From positions 25,606,001-25,670,000 of the forward strand of contig NC_043013.1 of the NCBI RefSeq assembly GCF_006345805.1: a DNA stretch of 64,000 nucleotides, in the 5' to 3' direction. Shown here piece by piece: positions 13,868 through 26,100 of this stretch. Each line of letters opens with the position of its first letter. Position 1 is the stretch's first letter. Source of the stretch: Octopus sinensis (taxonomy: Eukaryota). Below the pieces are notes generated by a model. The model did not search any database, had not been told where the DNA came from, and saw only the letters and a list, made by a program, of their open reading frames with translations. The translations under genes and the position numbers were made by a program.

Positions 13868-15364
13868 GTCAGAATGAGATAAAAAAAGCCAAGGCTGTGA
13901 GGAGTTTTCAAGACATTTATAATGAAATAGTCTTACAGCTGTTTGTGGGATATTATGGAGATTAGTATTAGGCTTTAAGAAATTAAGTCCTGGGCTCGAT
14001 TTACTCAACTAAAAATTCTTGAAGGTGGTGCCCCAGCATGGCCCCAGTCTAGTGACTGAAACGCATAAAAGAAACTTCAGGCTGACCAAAGCCTTGTGAG
14101 TGGATTTGGTAGATGGAAACTGTGTATTTGTGTTTGTCCCTCTCCACAACTTGACAACTGGTGTTGGTTTGTTTACATCCCTGTTAAGTAGCAGTTCAGC
14201 AAAAGAGACTGACAGAATAAGTACCAGACTTGAAAATAAGCTGTAGGGTCAGTTTGTTCCACCAAAACTCTTCCAAGTGGTGCCTTAGCATGGCCACTAT
14301 CCAATAACTGAAACAAGAGAAAGATAAAAGAGAATTTCATTTAACTCTTTACCATTCGGATTTCTGTGTCAGATGTAATCCTTATCTATTCACATTGTTT
14401 TTAGTTAATCCTAGATTATCTCTCATAGCTTCAAGATTTCTACAATGTCTTTTTACTCTTTTATTTGTTTCAGTCACTTGACTGCAGCCATGCTGGAGCA
14501 CCACCTTTAGTCGAGTAAATCGACCCCAGGACTTACTCTTTGTAAGCCTAGTACTTATTCTATCGGTCTCTTTTGCCGAACCGCTAATTTACAGGGGCGT
14601 AAGCACACCAGCATCGGTTGTCAAGCAATGTTGAGGGGACAAACACACACACACACATTTAAAATTAATATAGGGTAGGAAAAATTATAGAAATTTTTTC
14701 TTCCAGTGGCCTAGCATGTATACAAAGTCAATAGACATATTTTCATATAAAATTTAGTGTACATTTAGTGTAAATTTAGTGTACATTTATACACAAAGAG
14801 GCAAGCCATAACAGGTTGCCTAACATACTAGAAAGAACAGTGAAAAAGTCCAAACTACAATTAAGAGCAATTTCAAAGGGAATGAAAATAACAACCGTGT
14901 TTTACAGCCGGACCTCAAGTTTCGAACTTTAATTAGCAAATAAAATAATTTGCAAGGCAAAGTTCTCATCAGCGGATACGCCAAAATATTAACATAGAAA
15001 TTAGAGACCAAATAACATGTGTCTCATCCTTATATATTATAATTTTTCAAATCTACCACACAAGCACAGTTTCAATCGGCAGCAAATAAAAATTCCGATT
15101 AAACTTCAGAAATTGCTAAAATCATTTCTTAAAATTAATACTGGGTAGGAAAAATTATCCGCCGATGAAGACTTCTCCTTGCAAATTATTTTATTTGCTA
15201 ATTAAAGTTCGAAACCTGAGGTCTGACTGTAGAACATGGTAAATGTTTTTATTTTTCATTCCCTTCGAAATTGCTCTTAACTGTGGTTTGGACTTTTTGA
15301 CTGTTCTTTCTAGTATGTTAGGCAACCTGTTAAGGCTCTCCTCTTTGTGTATAAATGTACACTA

Positions 15365-15413
<49 letters not shown>

Positions 15414-16135
15414 ACACACACACACACATTTAAAATTAATATAGGGTAGGAAAAATTATAGAAATTTTTTCTTCCAGTGGCCTAGCATGTATACAAAGTC
15501 AATAGACATATTTTCATATAAAATTTAGTGTACATTTAGTGTAAATTTAGTGTACATTTATACACAAAGAGGCAAGCCATAACAGGTTGCCTAACATACT
15601 AGAAAGAACAGTGAAAAAGTCCAAACTACAATTAAGAGCAATTTCAAAGGGAATGAAAATAACAACCGTGTTTTACAGCCGGACCTCAAGTTTCGAACTT
15701 TAATTAGCAAATAAAATAATTTGCAAGGCAAAGTTCTCATCAGCGGATACGCCAAAATATTAACATAGAAATTAGAGACCAAATAACATGTGTCTCATCC
15801 TTATATATTATAATTTTTCAAATCTACCACACAAGCACAGTTTCAATCGGCAGCAAATAAAAATTCCGATTAAACTTCAGAAATTGCTAAAATCATTTCT
15901 TAAAATTAATACTGGGTAGGAAAAATTATCCGCCGATGAAGACTTCTCCTTGCAAATTATTTTATTTGCTAATTAAAGTTCGAAACCTGAGGTCTGACTG
16001 TAGAACATGGTAAATGTTTTTATTTTTCATTCCCTTCGAAATTGCTCTTAACTGTGGTTTGGACTTTTTGACTGTTCTTTCTAGTATGTTAGGCAACCTG
16101 TTAAGGCTCTCCTCTTTGTGTATAAATGTACACTA

Positions 16136-16210
<75 letters not shown>

Positions 16211-18271
16211 TACAATGAGCTTCTTTCAGTTTCCATCTATGAAATCCACTCACAAAGGCTTTGGTCAGTCCGAGGCCATAAGTAGAAGACACATGCCCAA
16301 GGTGTCACACAGTGGGACTGAACCCGGAACCATGTGGTTGTTAAGCAATCTACTTACCACACAGGCACTCCTGCGCCTAAAAGAACAAAGTAAAATTAAG
16401 TGTTGGGCTCGTCTGGGATTTGAACATAGAACATCTCGCACCTTAAGCGAAAATCATACGCCTAGACCAAAGGGCATTGTAGGGTAGATGTGAGAGGCCA
16501 GATCTGGTCAGTTTGAACATAAAACAGGTAGGATATTTGGGCTGAATATGACTGGTTTCAATGCTAAATGGTTAATGCAGTCATTGTATGAATCCCAGTT
16601 TCAAAAGATCGGGGAAGATGCAATGGGAAGTGGGGTGGGTTTCAATAAAATAAATTGTTTACATTCCAGTCAGGTATTAGAGATGGTTTTGCATCTCCAT
16701 CAATGGAAACTGCTGAAGTTAGAGCAAGCAAGACTCTCTGTGCTCACTGAACATGCTAAAAATAACATTGAAATCTCCCTCAGATTCCATCTTAACCATT
16801 TATTGGTCAGTGTAGTCATAAATTATGAAATGTCTCTGGCCTCATAGTGTAGGTAGGGGTGGTGATGGTGGTGATACCAGCACCACCACCCAACAGCAAC
16901 AACAAAATCTACAATTTCAAAACTGTTGCATTCTTGAAGAATTAATGTGTCTAGACTGGTCTGTTATGTCTTGTGTAGTTCTTTGCAAGGTTTACTGGAA
17001 TATTAGCGAAACATTGTCAGTGAAAAACGAAAGATGATTGTGTTGGTGGATGTGAAATGAAGATGATTGTGGTGAAGAGAAGTAGGAGGAGGATAGCAGC
17101 TATTCTTCTTCCTCTTCCTACAACACCACCACCACCACAACCACCACTATCATCATCATGACCATCTTCATTGCTGCCGCCGCCACCACCACCACCATCT
17201 CCACCACCACGATCATCATCTTTCCTTAGAATCTCTTTAGAATTGTTCTTGTTGAAATTTTGCCAGTGTAAATGAAACAACAGATCCCAGAATGTTGATA
17301 ATGGCTGCTGTAGTAGCAGCTTATTTGCATATTTATTTATTCACTCATTAATTTACGGTAGACAAATGTTAGGAAAACTCTATTTTAATCAACAAGCCAA
17401 GGTTTTTTTTCTACCTCTTAATTTTTGTGGGGGTTTAAGGAAAATTGATAATATACTTGTGAGCTTTTAGGTCCATTTGTTGATATTTTTGTATTCCAGA
17501 CTTTCTTTTTCTTAATTTTTCTTATTAGTTCAAGGGTATTGCAAAACATGGAATTTTGTTTTGTAATTGATTTTAAATTCTCATCTATTTTGTCTTCCAT
17601 TTCACAGCATTTCTTGGATCCATCCCTAACTCCATTTGAAGTTGAAAAAGCCCAGTGGCAGCAATCGGAGTCCGGAGCCAACGCTGAGATGTGCCAAGAA
17701 GCGAAGACATTGCTTGAATATATAGAGACGTTTGCTAATGCTGAACACCAAAGAAAGTAAGTTTTTCAGTTTCATTTAGGAAATAAAAATTTTCACAAAA
17801 TTTTGACAAGGTGCCAGATAGTAATCTTGGTTTTTTGTTTTGTTCTGCATAATTCCTGTCTGCTACTTCATATAATTCTCTTGATGATTTGGCTTGCCAA
17901 CAGTTTTATTGTTTTCATTTTATGTAACTTTATTAAAATATTGAGAGAATGTCAATATTTGGAGCAGGCATGGCTGTGTGGTAAGAAGCTTGCTTTCCAA
18001 CCACATGGTTCCGGGTTCAGTCCCACTGTGTGGCACCATGGGCAAGTGTCTTCTACTATAACCTTAGCCAACCATGGATTTTGTAGATGGAAACTGAGAG
18101 AAGCCTGTTGTGTGTGCATATGTGTCGTACCCAATAAAATCTTTTACTCATTCCATCCATTTTCCTGCAATAAATCTACAGATAACAACAGGTAATCGAA
18201 ACTGTGCCAGTGCTTTAATCATCATCTATTTATACATTTTGTATAATTTCTCCATTTTATATATATATATT

Positions 18272-18309
<38 letters not shown>

Positions 18310-21300
18310 TGTATGTATATATCTGTGTGTTTGTGTTTCTTTGTCCCTCACCACCACTTGAGAACCAGTGTCAGTGTATTTACATCTCCATAACTTTAAC
18401 GGTTCAGTAAAAATGATTGATAGAATAAATTGCAGGCTTAACAAAAAAAAAAAAGTACTGGTGTTGTTTCACTCGATTAAAAATTCTTCACGGCAGTGTC
18501 CCAGCATGGCTTGGGTCTAATGGCTGATACAAATAAAAGATAAAACATTTCTCCAGTAGGTTCCTGTTGTCATGTCTATAAAACTATTCTTATTGACTTT
18601 GAACTGTTGGAGCATTGGACAAAATGCTTTGCAGAATTTCTTACGTGGTTTTACAGTGTGAGTTCAAATCCTCCCAAGGTTAATGTTACCTTTCATTTAC
18701 ACAGTATATATATGCAGGCGTGGCTGTGTGGTAAGAAGTTAGCTTCCCAATCACTTAGTTCTGGGTTCAGTCTCACTGCATGGTACTTTGGGCAGATGTC
18801 TTCTACTATAGCCTCAAGCCAACTTAAAGCCTTGTGAGTGGATTTTGTAGGTGGATACTGAAAGAAACCTGATGTGTGTGGGCGTGTGTGTCCTTGTGTC
18901 AGTGTTTGTCCTCCCCACTACCACTTAACAACCAGTGTTGGTGTATTTACATCACCATAACTTAGTGGGTTGGCAAAAGGGACCAATTAAATAAGTCTTT
19001 TGAAAAATTTAAGTACTGGAGATGATTTATTTAACTGAAATTCTTTGAGGTGGTACCCTAGTATGGCCACAGTTTAATGAGTGAAACAAGTAAAAGATAC
19101 ATCAAATCAAGTGCTGGGTTTTATTTACTTGAGGAACCTGTGCCTCAAATTGTATCTTTGTCAGAATTGATTACTCAATTAAAAAAAAATAATTTCTAGA
19201 ATAAACTTTCTTCTGTTAGTCTCTGTTTCTTTTTTTTTTTTTTTTTTTTTATAGTTAAGAACACATTCTGATCATTCTTGTAGAATAGAAAACCAATTTT
19301 GTTTCTGTTTCTACAAAACTGATACAAAACTTCATCAACATCTTATGGTGAATAACTCTCTAGTACTTAGTACAATTGGTTCCTCTACCAATTAGTTGTA
19401 TTTCAACACTATCACAGTTGACTAATTAATACACAGGATATTATGAATTCAGTTTTAAATATTTCTTTCTCGTACAAGACCTGGAAGAAATAATGTTGAA
19501 AGCTAGTTTCAACTGATAACCAGTGTATTCAGATTTGACTGTGAAATATGTTCAGTAAACTTAAAATATCAGATTGGTTATTTATTTTCAGATGGATAGA
19601 AGCTGTTGAAATAATACCTTCCCTTCTGGATAAAGGCCTTAGCTATCTTCTCTATAAAGAAAATCGAGAAGGTAAGTCATTTTCCTTTTATTTCTGAATT
19701 TAAAGATAATTTAAATATAGAGTAATTAAATTTAAAAATCAATAAAGTCTCTAATTATTTCAGTTACCGAAGTAGTTTTAGCAAAGAGTTTGTATGATTC
19801 ATTGTAAGTTGATTAGCTTCAAGTATTTTTACACCATAGCTTTGTTACTGATTTCTTTATGCTGCGTTCTGTGAAGAATAGTGCACAGAAAGGGTGATCT
19901 ATTTTTTGTGATCTAGATTTCAGGTCTTTCTCGAGACTGGGACTTAAAGATAATTGTAATTTCAACCAAAATAAGCAAAATTGGTTTCACTGACATTGTT
20001 GATATCCTTTTATGAGTGAAATTAGATCACATAAATCTAGTTCAACTCTAAATGACTGAATACAATCAATAAATGATGAGATACAAATTGATGATGCTTC
20101 AGCCAAGTGACCAGTAGCTTAACCATTCCACTGCTGATGCTTCAGCCAAGTGACCAGTAGCTTAGCCATTCCACTGATGACACTTCAGCCAAGTGACCAG
20201 TAGCTTAGCCATTCCACTGATGATGCTTCAGCCAAGTGACCAGTAGCTTAGCCATTCCACTGATGATGCTTCAGCCAAGTGGCCAGTAGCTTAGCCATTC
20301 CACTGATGATGCTTCAGCCAAGTGACCAGTAGCTTAGCCATTCCACTGATGACACTTCAGCCAAGTGACCAGTAGCTTAGCCATTCCACTGATGATGCTT
20401 CAGCCAAGTGACCAGTAGCTTAGCCATTCCACTGATGACACTTCAGCCAAGTGACCAGTAGCTTAGCCATTCCACTGATGACACTTCAGCCAAGTGACCA
20501 GTAGCTTAGCCATTCCACTGATGACGCTTCAGCCAAGTGGCCAATAGCTTAGCCATTCCACTGATGACACTTCAGCCAAGTGACCAGTAGCTTAGCCATT
20601 CCACTGATGATGCTTCAGCCAAGTGGCCAGTAGCTTAGCCATTCCACTGATGACGCTTCAGCCAAGTGACCAGTAGCTTAGCCATTCCACTGATGATGCT
20701 TCAGCCAAGTGGCCAGTAGCTTAGCCATTCCACTGATGACGCTTCAGCCAAGTGACCAGTAGCTTAGCCATTCCACTGATGATGCTTCAGCCAAGTGGCC
20801 AGTAGCTTAGCCATTCCACTGATGACGCTTCAGCCAAGTGACCAGTAGCTTAGCCATTCCACTGATGACGCTTCAGCCAAGTGGCCAATAGCTTAGCCAT
20901 TCCACTGATGACACTTCAGCCAAGTGACCAGTAGCTTAGCCATTCCACTGATGATGCTTCAGCCAAGTGGCCAGTAGCTTAGCCATTCCACTGATGACGC
21001 TTCAGCCAAGTGACCAGTAGCTTAGCCATTCCACTGATGATGCTTCAGCCAAGTGGCCAATAGCTTAGCCATTCCACTGATGACACTTCAGCCAAGTGAC
21101 CAGTAGCTTAGCCATTCCACTGATGATGCTTCAGCCAAGTGGCCAGTAGCTTAGCCATTCCACTGATGACGCTTCAGCCAAGTGACCAGTAGCTTAGCCA
21201 TTCCACTGATGACGCTTCAGCCAAGTGGCCAATAGCTTAGCCATTCCACTGATGACACTTCAGCCAAGTGACCAGTAGCTTAGCCATTCCACTGATGATG

Positions 21301-23058
21301 CTTCAGCCAAGTGGCCAGTAGCTTAGCCATTCCACTGATGACGCTTCAGCCAAGTGACCAGTAGCTTAGCCATTCCACTGATGATGCTTCAGCCAAGTGG
21401 CCAATAGCTTAGCCATTCCACTGATGACACTTCAGCCAAGTGACCAGTAGCTTAGCCATTCCACTGATGATGCTTCAGCCAAGTGGCCAGTAGCTTAGCC
21501 ATTCCACTGATGACGCTTCAGCCAAGTGACCAGTAGCTTAGCCATTCCACTGATGACGCTTCAGCCAAGTGGCCAATAGCTTAGCCATTCCACTGATGAC
21601 ACTTCAGCCAAGTGACCAGTAGCTTAGCCATTCCACTGATGATGCTTCAGCCAAGTGGCCAGTAGCTTAGCCATTCCACTGATGACGCTTCAGCCAAGTG
21701 GCCAGTAGCTTAGCCATTCCACTGATGACGCTTCAGCCAAGTGACCAGTAGCTTAGCCATTCCCCTATACTGCAGTTCCTTATTTTCTGGATTAAACATT
21801 CAATTTGTAGCATTTAATTTACCTGCTAAAACCTCATCATTGCCAGTGTTAACAAGCCATGCCAAAAAAATTAATAATATTTCATTGCCACAAGAGGCGA
21901 GCTGGCAGAATCATTAGCATGCTGGGCAAAATGCTTAGCAGTATTTTGTCTGCTGCTACATTCTGAGTTCAAATTCTGCCGAGGTTGACTTAGCCTTTCA
22001 TCCTTTTGGGGTCAATTAAATAAGTACCAGTTACACACTGGAGTCGATGTAATCGACTTAATCCCTTTGTCTGTCCTTGTTTGTCCCCTCTATGTTTAGC
22101 CCTCTGTGAGCAATAAACAAATTAATATTTCATTACCACATAATCTAGCAACCAGACTAATCTTCACTTTGTAACCATAAAACACATTGATTTTTTTTGT
22201 TTCATTCTTTGTCTCTGTTCATTTTTTGCAGATGTTCTGACAACGTTATTGGATTGGTGTATCGAAGGGTTGGATTTAAAGAAAGCTATTACTCAACAAG
22301 AAACAGCTTTCAAAGTACGGTATCTGAAGATGGGAATCCGTCTTGCTAGCAGTCTCTGTTGCTGTGATTCGTTTGTTGCATCAAAAGCAGTTGTAAGTTG
22401 ATTAGCTTCAAATATTTTCACACCATAGCGTTGTTACTGATTTGTATATGCTACATTCTGTGAAGAATATTGCACAGAAACTGGCGATCTATTTCTTGAG
22501 ATTGGGACTTAAAGATAATTGTAAATTCAGTCAAAATAAGCAAAATGCATGATAACAGCTAAAGTGGTTCTGTTTCTGTTCTTTTGTAGCTCTCATATCC
22601 TTTGGTGCAACATGCATTCTCCAAACATCCCAACTGTTCGCTTTCCTCTTAGCTCCACTTGGGCCAACTCCCATCACTATTTTGTCATCCCAGAATGTAC
22701 TGTACCACATCTTTCTTGGTCTTCCACTCGGTCTCTTTCCTCCTTCTGACATCCACTCCATTACAATGGCAGCATATCTCTTCTGCAGTAACGGAAGCTC
22801 ATGACCAGTAAACCCTACCCACTGCTTAGTCACCATGTCCTGCAAACTTACCGTGCCTGTTCTTCTCATCACCTCCTTGTTTCTCACTCTATCCCAGTAA
22901 AAGATACATTCTCTACTGATCAGTAAATGAATTCAACTGTTACACTCTATATCAACTGCTATAAATCATCATCATTTACTGTCTGTTTTCCCTGCTGGCA
23001 TGGGTTGGACGGTTTGACTGGAGCTAGAGGCTTCATTTTTGGTTTCAAAGATACAACA

Positions 23059-23124
<66 letters not shown>

Positions 23125-26100
23125 TACAAAGATGAATATTAGATTTGATAAACAAAATGTTGCTCTAATTGATTGGATTGAAAAGTGAGGTAGGTCACAG
23201 CTGTTTCTTGCTGTTACCATGAACCTTCTGCTGCTCTTATTGAAGTTGCGTCACCGGCATTTGTTTCAGGAATTAATGACCTACAGAAGTATTGGTGCCA
23301 GCTGGTATAAGGGTGGATTTGGTCATCAACAAATTTGTGGATTTATGTTTACATTATTAGCAGGCCACTAATATAACTTATATGTTACACCTGCTTCAAC
23401 TATCTTTCTTCTGTCTGTCCATTGCCACCCTTTGTTCCTGGGAGGGTTACAGGAGTAGAGTCCTTAAGCACTTCTTCCATAAGATCCTGTCAGAAGTAAC
23501 CCTCATTACGTTTTCTGATTGGATTTCCAAATGTGATCTACTGAAAAATGGATATTATCCAACCAACCACCACTTGGTCTACCCTTAGGTTTCAGCTTGA
23601 AGAATCCATCTTGAGATTCTTTCCTGTGACATTGTAATCACATGTCCGTAGTACCAGAACCGTGACCTCTCAAAGTAGAGGAATAGCTGCTTGACCTGGA
23701 GAGGTTCAAATTATCTTGATCCGCTAAATAAAAATGCTCAACTTGTCAGATCTCTTAGATATGTGGAAAATGTTTATATAAAATGAATGGACTAAACTTT
23801 AAGACTGTTTCCTTAAAGGGAGACTTCTAGAATGTTTAAATTCTTGTGGCCTCATTTGCTAGGTACATATTAAATAAAAATAAACTCAAATATCAAACAC
23901 CATTTAAGCGTGGTCAATGTCAGTGCCGCCTGACTAGCTCTTGTGCTGGTGGCATGTAAAAAGCACCCACTACACTCTTGGAGTGGTTGGTGTTAGGAAG
24001 TGCTTCCAGCTGTAGAAACCTTGCCAGATCAGATTGGAAGTCTGGTGCAGCCTCCTGGCTTGCCAGTCTTCTGTCAAACCGTCCAACCCATGCCAGCATG
24101 GAAAGTGGACGTTAAATGATGATGATAATCAAACAATAATGTTCCATAATTTATTTAAGCCATGACAACGGTTTTCATCAGGCAACTAGGCTGCACCAAT
24201 GGTAATTGTATCAGCTGAGGTCAATACTCAGTGTATGACGATGGTTTGGCATATATTTATGTCAACTGTTACAAAAACTGGTATGGATAAGACTGTTCAT
24301 AATTATACCATCTTATTTAAAGTAAATACGCAGCAGGTGTAAATTTATGTCAACCAATGCTATTCTGCAGTTTGTTCACATGCATGTTATAAGCAAATAG
24401 TCTTACTGTGGAATATAGTTTAGATATGCTGTTCCAAATCCTTGGCAGTACAGCAAGAAATTCCACAACTGTTTAAAGGATTATAAAGCTCATCTTAATT
24501 CATGCATTTGTTTGCCAACAATCTCATTATGGTTTCGTATTTATGTTTAGCAGAATTATTTGATGGCTTTGGTTTCTTCTTTCAGGAACGGAATATCCAA
24601 CATTACTTACTTGATTTGTATATTTCCCCCAATATGTCTATGTCTCTGAAATTACAAATTTTGCGTACCCTGGACCAAACAACTCGTCTCCAAGAAGGCT
24701 TGCTGTGGTTCACTGCCAGTCATCCATCAAAACAGAAACGGCAGAGGCTGCGACGCAGGCTGGTCAGTGCAAAACAAAACGAAGAGAACGAAGACACAAC
24801 TGAAAAGAAAATGTATGACATTGATGAATATCTCCAAGACATTGATGAACAGGAGAGAGACAAGTTAGATGGCATGAGTGAAGGATGGAGTTGTTACCAG
24901 AGATTGCTCGACATAATGATGACAAAGCAGGTTTGTTTGTTCAATATTTCTCAATCATCTTGCAACACCTTCATTGTAAAACCTGTTTTATGGCTGACAT
25001 CTATAGCATTCCTTCGCCTGTTCTAGACCATTTCTTACTCTTTTATGTTCTCTGTGTACATTTTAATTGTTTATATAGTAGTTACGTGTACAGGTGCAGG
25101 AGTGGCGGTGTGGTTAACAAACTTGCTTTACAACTATGTGATCTTGAGTTCAGTCCCACTGCATGGCACCTTTGGCAAGTGTATTTTACTATAGCTCCAG
25201 GATCACCAATGCCTTATGAGTGGATTTTGTAGATGGAGATTGTGTGGAAGCCTGTCATGTGTGTGTCTCCTTGTGGTTGTCCCCTTCCCACTATCATTTG
25301 ACACCTGGTGTTGGTTTGTTTACATCACCCATAACTTAGTGGTTTGGCAAAAGAGCCCAATAGAATAGGTGCCAGGGAGTGGTGGGGATGGTGCGAGTTG
25401 TTCAAATGAAAGCCTTGAAGCTGGTGCCCTAGCATGGCTGCAATTCAATGACTGAAACAAAAGATAAAAAGTAAAGGGACCAGTTAAACCACCACCTCCA
25501 CTCACTTTAAACCTCCATCACCATCGTCATCATCATTTTGTTCACTTCTATCATTGCTGACATTGGTCTGACGAGACTTACTGAAGAAGCTGTATTCTAT
25601 GACTGGATGCACTTCTCTGATGCCAGTCACTCCTAACCATTGTCTTTCAAGTAAAATATTCTTATTCCGTTGATTGTTGAAATCATTATCAAATGTTTTT
25701 TTACTTAATTCTTCAGATTGTCCGAGTTGCAGTTGCTGGAACGGCTTTATTACGTAAAATCCATACATTCGAGGTTCTTCAAAACTTCTACCTGATAGTT
25801 GAGCAGTAAGTATATGCATTTTATTTTGCTTTGGATTTGTTAGGTGTTTTGCTAGCAGGATTAACAACAACACCATTGAGTCTGTGGTGTTAATGTTGAA
25901 TCTGTCATGTAGCTCGAGTCAGTGCTGTTACAAATCCAACCCTGGTGTACTTTACCTTTCATATTTCGGTGGCTGATAACAAATACCAACGGATAAAATC
26001 TACCAGGGTTGATGCAAGTGACTTGAACTTAGAAAGTACTGCTCCAGCATGGCCAGAGTTTAATGATGGACGCTGGTAAAAGAATGAAAAGCAATTATTA

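Larger units (their letters stand above)
14658..16199. repeat. Head-to-tail duplication of a 771-bp fold-back (Penelope-pLTR-like) unit
   Basis: 14658-15370 matches 15429-16141 with no differences I could see (identical ORFs 14820..15011 and 15591..15782); each unit ends in (TA)n(CA)n and has about 205-bp inverted arms (14772-14977 / 15158-15370). Confidence 0.9.

Noticed and set aside
14820-15782. Two identical 63-aa minus-strand ORFs
   Set aside because: Chance ORFs within the duplicated non-coding unit, overlapping the ribozyme; no protein motif.
20090-21766. CRISPR-like reading, and hammerhead reading of the 43-mer (CTGATGA followed by hairpin CACTT-CAGCC-AAGTG)
   Set aside because: No unique spacers and eukaryotic context; the required GAAA is absent (GACC/GGCC) and helices I and III cannot be drawn.
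24541-24585. Upstream TAGCAG acceptors in the same open frame as exon 8
   Set aside because: They give phase 1, incompatible with the phase-0 end of exon 7.
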